This document shows positions 17,972 to 28,414 of a stretch of 64,000 nucleotides of DNA, piece by piece. Position numbers and translations under genes: made by a program. The number at the start of each line of letters is the position of its first letter. The first letter of the stretch is position 1. The notes under the pieces were generated by a model that had not been told where the DNA came from, did no database searches, and saw only the letters and a list, made by a program, of their open reading frames with translations. Origin of the DNA: Flavobacterium sp. (lineage in GTDB: Bacteria; Bacteroidota; Bacteroidia; Flavobacteriales; Flavobacteriaceae); the NCBI RefSeq assembly GCF_040383245.1, contig NZ_JBEIDX010000010.1, positions 4,387-68,386 of the forward strand, read 5' to 3'.

Positions 17972-19660
17972 ATGAAATTCGTCTCTTTTTTTTTATTAAT
18001 AACTTTTTTTACATTTTCACAAAATCCATATCCTCAAGATTATTTTGTGCAACCTCTTGAAATACCAATGCAGCTTTCGGGCAATTTTGGAGAGTTACGT
18101 CCAAACCATTTTCATGCAGGTTTTGATTTTAAAACAAACCAGAAAGAAGGTCTAAATGTTCATGCAGCTGCCGAAGGGTATGTATCACGCATAAAAATTG
18201 CATCTAATGGATACGGAAAAGCAATATACATAACCCATCCAAATGGATATACTACCGTTTATGGGCATTTGCAAAAAGCTGTTGGAGTTATTCAAGAAAA
18301 AATTGAAGAACTGCAATATGCTGCAAAAAGTTATGAAATAGAAGCCTATTTTAAACCAAATGAATTGCCAATTACAAAAAATCAAATTATAGCTATTTCA
18401 GGAAATACTGGTGGTTCTGAAGGGCCGCACTTGCACTTTGAATTTAGAGATAGTAAAACAGAAAAAATTATCAATCCTTTATTTTTTGGATTGAAATTGA
18501 AAGATACTAAAAAACCTATAGTTTCTGGAGTTTATGTTTATCCAATTGATGAAAATTCGGTTGTAAATGAGTCAAAGATTCCAGTAATGTTAAGTTTGTC
18601 TTTGCAAAAAGATGGCACCTATATTTCTCATAAAGTAATGGCGTCAGGGAGGATTGGATTTGGAATAAATGCTTCCGATTGGGATGATGTTTCTTACAAC
18701 GCTAACGGGGTGTATAAAACTCAAATAATTTCAAATGGCACCCCTGTTTTTGGATATGAATTAGATCAAATGGTGTTTGATGAAGGACGCTATGTGAATG
18801 CGTTTATAGATTATGGTAGATATAAAAAATCACACCAAAGGGTTCAAAAATTATTCATGAAAAATCCTTTTAATTGGAGTAATATATATCAAAATTTAGC
18901 TGATGGGATATATAATGTAACTCCAAATTTTACAAGTAATCAAAGGATTGAAGTATCTGATTTCAATCAGAATAAAACTATTATTTCAGTGCCAATTCAG
19001 TATTCAAACCAAGAAGCAAAAGTTCTAAGTCAAGAAAAACCTACTAAATTTTCAGTAAAAGCAAAAGTAGATGCTATTTTTGAAAAAGATAATTATTCAG
19101 TTTTTTTTCCAGCGGGAACTTTTTATGACGATTACTATTTGAATTTTGAAGTAAAAAATAAGGTTTTATTTTTGCACGAAGATGTTGTTCCAGCACATAC
19201 TAATTTTACTATAACCGCAACAGATGATAAGGCTTCTGAAGCCGATAAAAAACAGATGTTCCTTGCTTCTTTTAATGGAAAAAAATGGACCTACAATTTC
19301 ACAAAATTAAATGGAAACACCTTTACTTGTAAATCAAAAACCTTAGGAAAGTTTGCTTTAATGAAGGACACAATAGCTCCAAAAATTAAAATTTCAAAAA
19401 GTATTGAAGGTAAATGGCTAAGCGACCAAAAAAGTATTAGTTTATCAATTTCTGATGATTTTTCGGGCGTGAAAACCTACAACGGATATCTTAATGAACA
19501 ATGGGTATTATTTGAATATGAATCAAAACAGAACAAAATAACACATGTCTTTAAAGATAATCTTCTTTTGGAAGGAGCTAATAAATTGAAAGTAATTGTA
19601 ACCGATAATGTAGGAAATTCCACTATCTTTGAGACGCAGTTTAATAGAAGTCAAAAATAA
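17972..19660 (+). CDS. M23 family metallopeptidase
   Basis: Signal peptide; HFHAGFDF and GPHLHFEFRD zinc-ligand motifs of LytM/M23. Confidence 0.9.
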   Translation: MKFVSFFLLITFFTFSQNPYPQDYFVQPLEIPMQLSGNFGELRPNHFHAGFDFKTNQKEGLNVHAAAEGYVSRIKIASNGYGKAIYITHPNGYTTVYGHLQKAVGVIQEKIEELQYAAKSYEIEAYFKPNELPITKNQIIAISGNTGGSEGPHLHFEFRDSKTEKIINPLFFGLKLKDTKKPIVSGVYVYPIDENSVVNESKIPVMLSLSLQKDGTYISHKVMASGRIGFGINASDWDDVSYNANGVYKTQIISNGTPVFGYELDQMVFDEGRYVNAFIDYGRYKKSHQRVQKLFMKNPFNWSNIYQNLADGIYNVTPNFTSNQRIEVSDFNQNKTIISVPIQYSNQEAKVLSQEKPTKFSVKAKVDAIFEKDNYSVFFPAGTFYDDYYLNFEVKNKVLFLHEDVVPAHTNFTITATDDKASEADKKQMFLASFNGKKWTYNFTKLNGNTFTCKSKTLGKFALMKDTIAPKIKISKSIEGKWLSDQKSISLSISDDFSGVKTYNGYLNEQWVLFEYESKQNKITHVFKDNLLLEGANKLKVIVTDNVGNSTIFETQFNRSQK

Positions 19661-19670
19661 TACGATCCAT

Positions 19671-22139
19671 TTGAAAACAAGAAATAAAGTTTTATCGCTA
19701 CTTTTTTTTCTAATTAGCACCTTCATTTTCGCGCAAAATGCAAAAGTAACCGGTATAGTTATTGATGAAAATAATAAACCAGTTGTAGGCGTAAATGTGA
19801 GCTATAAAAGCAAATCATCAGTTACAAATACTAATGGTTTTTATGTAATTGAAATTCCTTCCAACCAAAAAGTCGTTTTGGTTTACACCCATATTTCTTT
19901 AAAAAGTATCACTGCAACATTCGAATTAAAACCAAAAGAAGTTTTAGATTACAATCCGATAATGAGTTCTAAAAACGAACAATTAGAAGATGTTGTAATT
20001 ACAAGTAAACGAAAAAGAGTACAGGGAATTGTAAGTATTGACACCGACGTAGTTAAAAAAGTTCCTAGTTTATCCGGTGGAGTAGAAGGGATAATCAAAA
20101 CTTTGCAGGGTGTAACTTCCAACACCGAATTAAGTTCGCAATATTCAGTTCGAGGCGGAAACTACGATGAGAATTTAGTTTATGTAAATGAAATTGAAAT
20201 ATACCGTCCGTTTTTAGTTCGTTCAGGGCAACAAGAAGGATTGAGTTTTACCAACACCGATTTAATTCAGAATATTGATTTTTCTGCTGGAGGTTTTCAG
20301 TCAAAATATGGAGATAAAATGTCTTCGGTTTTGGATATAACATACAGAAAGCCAACCAAGTTTGGTGCTTCAATTGAGGCGAGTATGCTTGGAGGAAATA
20401 TTTCTTTTGAGGGAATTTCTAAAAATAAAAAATGGAGCGCCATAACTGGTGTTCGTTATCGTGATAACTCCCTTTTAGTTAACAGCCAAGAAACACAAAC
20501 CAATTACAGACCAACATTTGCGGACATTCAATCGAATGTAAATTTCAATTTGAATAAAAAAGTTCAGTTTAGTTTTCTAGGAAATATTTCAAGAAATAAA
20601 TACAACTACCAACCTTTAACACGACAAACAAATTTTGGCACTTTGAATAATCCAATTGCCCTTCAAGTTTTTTATGAAGGACAAGAAAAGGACCAATATC
20701 AAACCTTATTTGGTGCATTTAAAACGAATTATATTGCATCTGAAAGAAGTACTTATAAGTTAATTGCTTCTGCTTATCACACTCAAGAACAAGAATATTT
20801 TGATATTGATGCTGCTTATTTCTTAGGAGAAGTGGATACAAACATTGGATCAGAAACTTTTGGAGGAGTTACCTATAATAGAGCTATTGGAACACAATTA
20901 AATCATGCAAGAAATGATTTGGATGCACTAATTTTTAATGGTGAGATTAAAGGAAATCACAATTTGAAAAATAGCCATCAAGTGGAGTGGGGTTTGAAAT
21001 TTACGCATGAAAGTATTCGTGACCGAATTGTAGAATGGGAAGTAGTAAATGATGCTGGTTTTAATGTGAACCCACCAAGTGTGCCGCCAAGAGATGATCC
21101 GTATTCACCTGCATATACAGGACCTTTAGTACCATTTCAAAATGTGCGTGAGCTAAATTTTGTTAACATTAATAGATTTTCAGGTTATGCCCAATGGAGT
21201 ACAAAAACCACTCTTGGAGACAATCAAATATGGGTAAATGCCGGAGTTAGAGCTCAAAATTGGATGGTTTCTGGTGATGTGGCTACCGATGCTAAAAGTC
21301 AAACAGTAGTTAGTCCAAGAGCTCAAATTTCTTTTAAACCGGATTGGGAAAAAGATATGATTTTTAGATTCTCAACTGGTTTTTACTACCAACCACCATT
21401 TTATAGAGAATTGCGTGATCAATTTGGAACAGTGAATCCTAATGTAAAAGCACAACAATCCATACATTTTGTATTGAGCAACGATTACAACTTTAAAATG
21501 TGGAATCGTCCATTTAAGTTGGTTAGCGAGGCCTATTATAAAACAATGAGTGATGTAAATACTTATTCGATAGAAAATGTTAGAATTCGTTACCGTGCTA
21601 ATAATGATGCGGTTGCTTATGCTTATGGGTTTGATTGTAGATTGAATGGTGAATTTGTACCTGGAACTGAATCATGGTTTAGTTTTGGATACATGAAAAC
21701 CGAAGAAAATCAAGATGGCAGAGGTTATATTGCAAGACCAACGGATCAACGATTGAAATTCGGAATCTTATTTCAGGATTATATGCCAAATATTCCGAAT
21801 GTAAAATTGTATTTGAATTTAACATACAATACAGGATTACCTGGTGGATCTCCTTCGTATGCTGATGCCTATGAATACCAAAGTCGTTTGCGAGATTACC
21901 GTCGTGTTGATGTAGGATTCTCGTATTTGTTTACCGAAAAAAATAACGAACGTCCCGAAGGTCATTGGTTAAAGAAATTTAACGATTTGTCATTAGGTTT
22001 TGAAATTTATAATATGTTCAATAACCAAAATGCAATTACCAATACTTGGGTTCGTGATGCTTATACTAAAAATCAATACGGAATTCCGAATTACATGACC
22101 ACACGAGTATTTAATATTAAATTGACTGCGAGATTGTAA
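19671..22139 (+). CDS. TonB-dependent receptor-like outer-membrane protein with CarboxypepD_reg N-domain
   Basis: ORF 19629..22139. There is no in-frame ATG before the signal peptide; both candidate starts are TTG. TTG 19671 gives (M)KTRNKVLSLLFFLISTFIFAQ. Plug and barrel regions follow. Confidence 0.8.
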   Translation: MKTRNKVLSLLFFLISTFIFAQNAKVTGIVIDENNKPVVGVNVSYKSKSSVTNTNGFYVIEIPSNQKVVLVYTHISLKSITATFELKPKEVLDYNPIMSSKNEQLEDVVITSKRKRVQGIVSIDTDVVKKVPSLSGGVEGIIKTLQGVTSNTELSSQYSVRGGNYDENLVYVNEIEIYRPFLVRSGQQEGLSFTNTDLIQNIDFSAGGFQSKYGDKMSSVLDITYRKPTKFGASIEASMLGGNISFEGISKNKKWSAITGVRYRDNSLLVNSQETQTNYRPTFADIQSNVNFNLNKKVQFSFLGNISRNKYNYQPLTRQTNFGTLNNPIALQVFYEGQEKDQYQTLFGAFKTNYIASERSTYKLIASAYHTQEQEYFDIDAAYFLGEVDTNIGSETFGGVTYNRAIGTQLNHARNDLDALIFNGEIKGNHNLKNSHQVEWGLKFTHESIRDRIVEWEVVNDAGFNVNPPSVPPRDDPYSPAYTGPLVPFQNVRELNFVNINRFSGYAQWSTKTTLGDNQIWVNAGVRAQNWMVSGDVATDAKSQTVVSPRAQISFKPDWEKDMIFRFSTGFYYQPPFYRELRDQFGTVNPNVKAQQSIHFVLSNDYNFKMWNRPFKLVSEAYYKTMSDVNTYSIENVRIRYRANNDAVAYAYGFDCRLNGEFVPGTESWFSFGYMKTEENQDGRGYIARPTDQRLKFGILFQDYMPNIPNVKLYLNLTYNTGLPGGSPSYADAYEYQSRLRDYRRVDVGFSYLFTEKNNERPEGHWLKKFNDLSLGFEIYNMFNNQNAITNTWVRDAYTKNQYGIPNYMTTRVFNIKLTARL

Positions 22140-22150
22140 TAAATAATTGT

Positions 22151-23998
22151 TTATTCAAAACTTTGCATCAATACCAATTTAGAATAGGTTCCGTTTAGCT
22201 CTAAAAGTTCGTCATGAGTACCTTGCTCTACGATTTCGCCGCGATGCATCACCACAATTTTATCCGCTTTTTGAATTGTAGAAAGACGGTGTGCAATAAC
22301 AATTGAAGTTCTGTTTTGCATCATATTTTCTAATGCTACCTGAACAAATTTTTCACTTTCTGTATCTAATGCAGAAGTAGCCTCATCCAAAATCATAATT
22401 GGAGGATTTTTCATTACGGCACGAGCAATGTTCAATCGTTGTTTTTGTCCACCCGAAAGTTTGTTTCCAGCGTCACCTATGTTTGTGTATATTCCGTTTG
22501 GTAAATCGTTTACAAATTCATATGCATTGGCAACTTTTAATGCTTCAATAATTTCCTCATCGGTTGCATCAAGTTTACCAATAAGAATGTTACTTTTTAT
22601 AGTGTCATTAAAAAGAATCGAATCTTGAGTCACTAATCCTAACAGATGACGAAGTGAATTCATTGTCATGTCTTTAATATTAGTGTCATCAATTTTTATT
22701 GATCCTTCTTGCACATCATAAAAACGCGTTAGTAGATTAGCAATCGTACTTTTTCCGCTTCCCGATTGCCCCACTAAAGCCACCGTTTTACCTTTAGGAA
22801 CTTGTAAAGAAAAATTCTTTAATACATTCTCCTCTTCATATTTAAAGTTAATATTTTCAATTGAAATTTCTTTATCAAAAGTTTCTTTAACTAATGCATT
22901 TGGTTTGTCTGTAATTGCATTTTCAACTTCTAATACTTCAAATACACGCTGTGCAGCTGCCATTCCACTTTTTACAGCATAAGTGGCTTTTGAAATTGCT
23001 TTCGCCGGAGTTAAAATGTTGTAAGCTAATCCCATGTAGGCTAAAAATTGTGCTCCTTCAAGAACCGCTTTTCCATTTGGTAATTTATCTACAAGTACCA
23101 TGTTTCCCCCAAACCAAAGTAAAACCGCAATTACAATTATTCCCATAAATTCACTAAATGGAGAAGCTAAGTTATTTTTTCGTCCAATGCTATTGGATAA
23201 TTTTAATAACCGTTCAACCGAATCATAGAATTTTTTCTTGAAACTGCTTTCTGCATTATAACTTTTAACCACTTTTAATCCAGAAAGACTTTCTTCTACA
23301 ATGGAAATTAAATAACCAGCTTCAGATTGGATATTTTGTGATTTTGATTTTAATGATTTTCCAATTAATGAAATGATATAACCAGAAATTGGAATGAAGA
23401 TGAAAACAAATAGGGTAAGTTTTACACTTATTGCAAACATTGCAGCAATCGTAAAAATAATGGTCATAGGTTCTTTAACAACCAATTCTAAAATAGCAAA
23501 AAAGGAATTTTGTACTTCACCAACATCTCCAAGCATTCGCGCCATAATATCTCCTTTTCTTTTCTCGGAATAAAAAGATATTGGTAAATCAATGATTTTG
23601 TTATACATCTTGTTTCTTAAATCTTTTAAAACCCCATTTTTCAGGTGCATTAAATGATTGGATGCTAGATAATTAAACAAGTTTTTTAGTAAAAAAGTAA
23701 TGATTATCAATACAATAACTAGTAAAAGTGCATATTGTGGACCGTAATTATTTTGTAATTCCGTGATGTAATAATAAAGGTATTCTTTTCCAAATTTTGT
23801 TATTTCCCAAATAGAAGTATATACTGGTTTTTCAGTAACCTTTTCAGCATTGTCAAATAATACTTGCATCATTGGTATTAAAGCAATGAATGACAGGGTA
23901 CTGAAAAGTGCATATAATATGTTATAAATTACATTCCAAACGACATGAAATTTATAAGGTTTTATAAAAGGAAATATTTTTTTAAGATTTTCGTCCAT
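22151..23998 (-). CDS. ABC transporter permease/ATP-binding protein (MsbA-like exporter)
   Basis: 6-TM domain plus NBD with Walker A GQSGSGKST, signature LSGGQKQR and Walker B ILDEATSALD. Confidence 0.92.
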   Translation of the reverse strand: MDENLKKIFPFIKPYKFHVVWNVIYNILYALFSTLSFIALIPMMQVLFDNAEKVTEKPVYTSIWEITKFGKEYLYYYITELQNNYGPQYALLLVIVLIIITFLLKNLFNYLASNHLMHLKNGVLKDLRNKMYNKIIDLPISFYSEKRKGDIMARMLGDVGEVQNSFFAILELVVKEPMTIIFTIAAMFAISVKLTLFVFIFIPISGYIISLIGKSLKSKSQNIQSEAGYLISIVEESLSGLKVVKSYNAESSFKKKFYDSVERLLKLSNSIGRKNNLASPFSEFMGIIVIAVLLWFGGNMVLVDKLPNGKAVLEGAQFLAYMGLAYNILTPAKAISKATYAVKSGMAAAQRVFEVLEVENAITDKPNALVKETFDKEISIENINFKYEEENVLKNFSLQVPKGKTVALVGQSGSGKSTIANLLTRFYDVQEGSIKIDDTNIKDMTMNSLRHLLGLVTQDSILFNDTIKSNILIGKLDATDEEIIEALKVANAYEFVNDLPNGIYTNIGDAGNKLSGGQKQRLNIARAVMKNPPIMILDEATSALDTESEKFVQVALENMMQNRTSIVIAHRLSTIQKADKIVVMHRGEIVEQGTHDELLELNGTYSKLVLMQSFE

Positions 23999-25725
23999 TA
24001 GTTTAACTGCATTGAAGCAATAATATTTTTAATTTTTTCGTCTAATTCTTTTTCAACTGTTGTTGCATTTTCAATTTTATCCAAAGGTGCATTTACACTA
24101 AAATAAAATTTTATTTTTGGTTCCGTTCCACTTGGACGCGCACATATTTTTGATCCATCTTCTAAATAATAAATCAACACATCCGATTTAGGGATAGCAA
24201 TTGTTTCAATTTCTCCAGTAAACATGTTTTTGGCAGTCGAATTTTGGTAATCTTCAATGCAAACCACACGTTGTCCGTTTATTTCAGAAACTGGATTTTC
24301 TCTTAGGTTAACCATCATTTGTTTAATTTCTTCTAACCCCGAAATTCCTTTTTTGGTTAACGAAATTAAATGTTCTTTATAAAAACCGTAATCTACATAT
24401 AAGTTTATTAATTCTTGATATAAAGAACTTCCAGCGGCTTTGGCTTGAGCTGCAATTTCGCAAACTAATAAAGTGGCTGCAACTGCATCTTTATCACGAA
24501 CGGCGTCACCAACCATAAACCCAAAACTTTCTTCACCACCGCCAATAAATTGCAATTCAGGAAAATCTTTAATGAATTTTGCAATCCATTTAAACCCGGT
24601 TAATCCCACTTTACATTCAACCCCATAAGCAGCACCAAGCTCCATAATCATTGGAGTAGAAACTATGGTAGAACCAATAAATTGCTTTCCATTAATTTTT
24701 CCAGCTCGTTTCCATTGTTCTAATAAATAGGCCGTCATGATAACCATGGTTTGATTTCCGTTTAGCAAAATCATTTTGCCATTGGTATCTCTAACTGCCA
24801 CACCCAATCGATCTGAATCGGGATCGGTACCTACCACAATATCTCCATTCACTTTTTCAGCAAGTGCTAATGCCATACTTAGGGCTTCTGGTTCTTCGGG
24901 ATTAGGTGATTTTACTGTTGGAAAATCTCCGTTTGGTACTTCTTGTTCTGCAACAATATGTAAATTGGTATATCCTGCTTTTGTTAAAACACCAGGAATC
25001 GATTTAATTGAGGTTCCGTGAAGTGAAGTATAAATAATTTTTAAATTATCTTTTGCAGAAGCCGGAGTATTAAAACTAGCATTTTCTATAGTTGATTTAA
25101 TAAATGCTTCGTCAACCTCTGTGTCGATATATTTGATTAAATCTTCATTAGCATCAAATTTTATTTGATCGTAAGGAAGCGCTTCTATTACTTGGATAAT
25201 TTCTGCATCTTGAGGTGGAACTAATTGCCCACCATCTTGCCAATACACTTTATATCCGTTGTATTCAGGAGGATTATGCGAAGCTGTCAATACTATTCCT
25301 GCGTGGCATTTTAAATATTTTAAAGCAAAAGATAACTCGGGAGTAGGGCGTAAGTCGGAAAATAAATACACCTTAATTCCATTTGCCGAAAAAACATCAG
25401 CAACTGTTTTTGCTAATGTATCACTGTTGTGACGGCAATCGTATGCAATCACGACTTTTAATTCTTCTTCAGGAAATGCTGTTTTAAGGTAATCGGATAT
25501 TCCCTGTGTGTTTTTTCCTAGGGTATATTTATTAATTCTGTTGGTTCCGGCACCCATTATTCCGCGCATTCCGCCAGTTCCAAATTCTAAATTTTTGTAA
25601 AAACTTTCTTCTAAATCTTTTGGCGAAGAAGCCATCATTTCGCGAATAGCAGTTTGAGTTTCCCGGTCAAATACCGGAGTCAGCCATTCGTTTACTTTGT
25701 TTAATATATCTTGATCTATTTGCAT
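23998..25725 (-). CDS. phospho-sugar mutase (phosphoglucomutase/phosphomannomutase family)
   Basis: Active-site TASHNPPEYNGYK, Mg site GTDPDSDR, sugar-binding GGEESFG. Confidence 0.92.
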   Translation of the reverse strand: MQIDQDILNKVNEWLTPVFDRETQTAIREMMASSPKDLEESFYKNLEFGTGGMRGIMGAGTNRINKYTLGKNTQGISDYLKTAFPEEELKVVIAYDCRHNSDTLAKTVADVFSANGIKVYLFSDLRPTPELSFALKYLKCHAGIVLTASHNPPEYNGYKVYWQDGGQLVPPQDAEIIQVIEALPYDQIKFDANEDLIKYIDTEVDEAFIKSTIENASFNTPASAKDNLKIIYTSLHGTSIKSIPGVLTKAGYTNLHIVAEQEVPNGDFPTVKSPNPEEPEALSMALALAEKVNGDIVVGTDPDSDRLGVAVRDTNGKMILLNGNQTMVIMTAYLLEQWKRAGKINGKQFIGSTIVSTPMIMELGAAYGVECKVGLTGFKWIAKFIKDFPELQFIGGGEESFGFMVGDAVRDKDAVAATLLVCEIAAQAKAAGSSLYQELINLYVDYGFYKEHLISLTKKGISGLEEIKQMMVNLRENPVSEINGQRVVCIEDYQNSTAKNMFTGEIETIAIPKSDVLIYYLEDGSKICARPSGTEPKIKFYFSVNAPLDKIENATTVEKELDEKIKNIIASMQLN

Positions 25726-25765
25726 TTATGAATAACTTTAATAGAATTTTATATTCGAATTGATT

Positions 25766-26725
25766 TTATAAATTTACTTCAGTAGCAATTTTATATCGTT
25801 CCTCGTTGTTTTTTGTTCGTAGTATTATTTCACCTAAGAATCCGGCAAGAAATAATTGTGATCCAATAATCATAGAAGTTAGAGCAATATAAAACAACGG
25901 ATTTTGAGCTACTAAAATCGTTGGCTCATGAAATACAAACAGTTTGGTTAATTTGATAATTATTATGGAAGCGGTAGAAAGTAATCCGATTAGAAACATC
26001 AATACTCCAGCTGCTCCAAAGAAGTGCATTGGTCTTTTTCCGTAGCGGGTTAAAAACCAAATAGTAATTAAATCTAAAAAACCATTAATAAATCGACTCA
26101 TGCCAAATTTTGATTCTCCGTATTTTCGTGCTTGGTGGATTACCACTTTTTCTCCAATCTTACTAAACCCTGCATTTTTTGCTAATACCGGAATATAGCG
26201 GTGCATTTCACCTGAAACTTCGATGTTTTTAATCACAACGTTTTTGTAGGCTTTTAATCCGCAGTTGAAATCATTTAAATAAACTCCAGAAGTTTTTCTG
26301 GCAGCCCAATTAAATAATTTAGAGGGTAAGTTTTTGGTCACTACATGATCGTAACGCTTCTTTTTCCAACCTGAAACCAAGTCAAATTTATCGTTCATTA
26401 CCATATTGTAAAGCTCCGGAATTTCATCGGGGCTGTCTTGTAAATCGGCATCCATAGTGATAACAACATCACCTTGTGCTTTATTAAAGCCGGCATGTAA
26501 CGCTTGCGATTTTCCGTAGTTTCTTAAAAAACGAATTCCTTTGACATTAGAATCCTTCGCATTAAGTTCCTCAACAACTTGCCAAGAAACATCGGTGCTG
26601 CCATCATCAATGAAAATTACTTCATAAGAATACTGGTTGGCTTGCATGACTTTTACAATCCAAGAATGTAATTCAGGTAACGATTCTTGCTCGTTTAATA
26701 AGGGGATTATTATGGATAAATTCAC
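25766..26725 (-). CDS. family 2 glycosyltransferase (polyprenyl-phosphate glycosyltransferase-like, two C-terminal TM helices)
   Basis: LSIIIPLLNE...IFIDDGSTD...MDADLQD motifs. GTG start at 26725..26723 overlaps the upstream stop by 1 nt. Confidence 0.88.
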   Translation of the reverse strand: MNLSIIIPLLNEQESLPELHSWIVKVMQANQYSYEVIFIDDGSTDVSWQVVEELNAKDSNVKGIRFLRNYGKSQALHAGFNKAQGDVVITMDADLQDSPDEIPELYNMVMNDKFDLVSGWKKKRYDHVVTKNLPSKLFNWAARKTSGVYLNDFNCGLKAYKNVVIKNIEVSGEMHRYIPVLAKNAGFSKIGEKVVIHQARKYGESKFGMSRFINGFLDLITIWFLTRYGKRPMHFFGAAGVLMFLIGLLSTASIIIIKLTKLFVFHEPTILVAQNPLFYIALTSMIIGSQLFLAGFLGEIILRTKNNEERYKIATEVNL

Positions 26726-27735
26726 TATTGTTCGTAAGTTGTTTTTGATTTGAAAATAGCAGCAATTATTAAGCCATATACTGCGCTAAAAGCGATACTA
26801 AATATAGAACCTTTAACTAATTGGCCTATTGAAAATTGATCGTTAGCTTGTAAATCTGCGATTGCTTTACTCATTGCATCTTCTGGTGTGTTGAATTTTC
26901 TCATCATTTCAACAGCATATTTTAAAGAAAGTTCTTTAATAGTTTCTTTCGCAGCAGGATCTATAAAGTTGAATAAAATAATATTGAAAATCATAGAAAT
27001 TGCTATCCCAATTAGGGCAGAAATGAAATAAGTTGTAAATGCCTGTTTAAAAGGAAATACATTGTTTAGTTCTTTTTTTGTTTTTAATAATAGAATGATA
27101 CTAATTACAATGTAAATCAATATGCTGATAAATCCTGTCCAAAATGATATAAATAATTCAATATTAAAAGTGTAAATAAGGGTAGTAATTAGAAGTGAAA
27201 TCATACCACTAATTATTCCAAAAGTAATTCCGTTCTTTTTTACTATTTCATTTATTCTATTAAATTTAATAAAATTTGACATGGAATATAGAAGCCCCAT
27301 TATTAACATAATATATACTCCATTCCCTGCGCTAGTTCCTGCAGATGCAGAAATTTCTCCAACTGATGCACTATATTTACTTTTGTATGAGAAAATTAAA
27401 AATAAAGAAATAAGCGCAATTAAGATTCCATAGTAAATTTTTAATTTTTCTATTTTTTTATTATATATTAAGTAAAGAGCTCCTAAGCTTAAAGGGATGC
27501 TATATGCTAATCCAATATTTAGGGATGCAGTAGCATTGCTCCCTATAGAGGTGTATGAATATCCATTAATCCAGGGAAAAAAACCTGAAAAAAATATACC
27601 AAGACCAAATAGATATCCTATAATATCATTTGATTTAGTTTTGTTTAATTCAATTGAATTTTCATTGTTTATTTCTGATTTTGAATTATCCATTTCATTT
27701 GATTTATTAGTTATTTTTTTATTATTTTCATTCAT
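26725..27735 (-). CDS. polytopic membrane protein: DUF4199-like C-terminal half with an extra N-terminal membrane domain
   Basis: The C-terminal roughly 170 aa resembles DUF4199 (GIISGMISLLIT...FKQAFTTYF...GLIIAAIFK). The N-terminal roughly 160 aa is Asn/Ser/Lys-rich followed by about 4 TM helices. Confidence 0.6.
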   Translation of the reverse strand: MNENNKKITNKSNEMDNSKSEINNENSIELNKTKSNDIIGYLFGLGIFFSGFFPWINGYSYTSIGSNATASLNIGLAYSIPLSLGALYLIYNKKIEKLKIYYGILIALISLFLIFSYKSKYSASVGEISASAGTSAGNGVYIMLIMGLLYSMSNFIKFNRINEIVKKNGITFGIISGMISLLITTLIYTFNIELFISFWTGFISILIYIVISIILLLKTKKELNNVFPFKQAFTTYFISALIGIAISMIFNIILFNFIDPAAKETIKELSLKYAVEMMRKFNTPEDAMSKAIADLQANDQFSIGQLVKGSIFSIAFSAVYGLIIAAIFKSKTTYEQ

Positions 27736-27915
27736 GATTATTACTTTGTAATTTGGTTATTAAATGAATTAGTTAGTAATAATTTATTAGTGTAAATGCA
27801 AATTATATATTTTGGTAAAATTTATTCCACAAATATAGTAATTCCATTTTTATGGCATATTATATATTTCAAATAAAAAAAGTAGTTCAATCGTTGGATA
27901 ATTAAAAAATAATTG

Positions 27916-27923
27916 TACTTTTG
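27916..27923 (+). promoter_or_regulatory. -7 box TActTTTG for rpmE
   Basis: tacttttgcact about 105 nt upstream of ATG 28029. Confidence 0.5.
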
Positions 27924-28028
27924 CACTCTTAAATATTAAAAATAGAATAATAAAAGTCGTAGCGAATTCACACCTTTTAAATAAAAGCTTCAGAATAAAC
28001 TACTTCATAACCAATAAAGATTTACAAA

Positions 28029-28280
28029 ATGAAAAAAGGAGTTCACCCAGAAAATTACAGATTAGTTGCTTTTAAAGACATGTCAAACGAAGATGTTTTT
28101 ATCACTAAATCAACAGTAGAAACTAAAGAAACTATCACTCACGAAGGAGTTGAATATCCAGTTTTTAAAATGGAGATCTCTAGAACATCTCACCCATTTT
28201 ACACAGGTAAATCTAAACTTATCGATACTGCAGGACGTATTGATAAATTCAACAGCAAATACGCTAAAAAAGCAAAATAG
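28029..28280 (+). CDS. rpmE: 50S ribosomal protein L31, type B (Cys-less)
   Basis: MKKGVHPENY...SHPFYTGK with no CxxC zinc motif, which indicates type B. Confidence 0.95.
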   Translation: MKKGVHPENYRLVAFKDMSNEDVFITKSTVETKETITHEGVEYPVFKMEISRTSHPFYTGKSKLIDTAGRIDKFNSKYAKKAK

Positions 28281-28306
28281 TTTTTTAAGTGTTCAAATTT
28301 TATTAA

Positions 28307-28336
28307 GACCTTCCATTTTATGGGAGGTTTTTTTAT
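28307..28336 (+). terminator. intrinsic terminator after rpmE
   Basis: accttcca / tgggaggt stem (one G-U) plus a T-run. Confidence 0.7.
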
Positions 28337-28350
28337 TTATTAAAAGTTCG

Positions 28351-28358
28351 TACTTTTG
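28351..28358 (+). promoter_or_regulatory. -7 box TActTTTG for the GlmU-like gene
   Basis: tacttttg 57 nt upstream of ATG 28415. Confidence 0.4.
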
Positions 28359-28414
28359 AACTGAGTTTATTTTGAATTACAGAATTTAAACTCATGAAAT
28401 TTTAATCTGCTACC

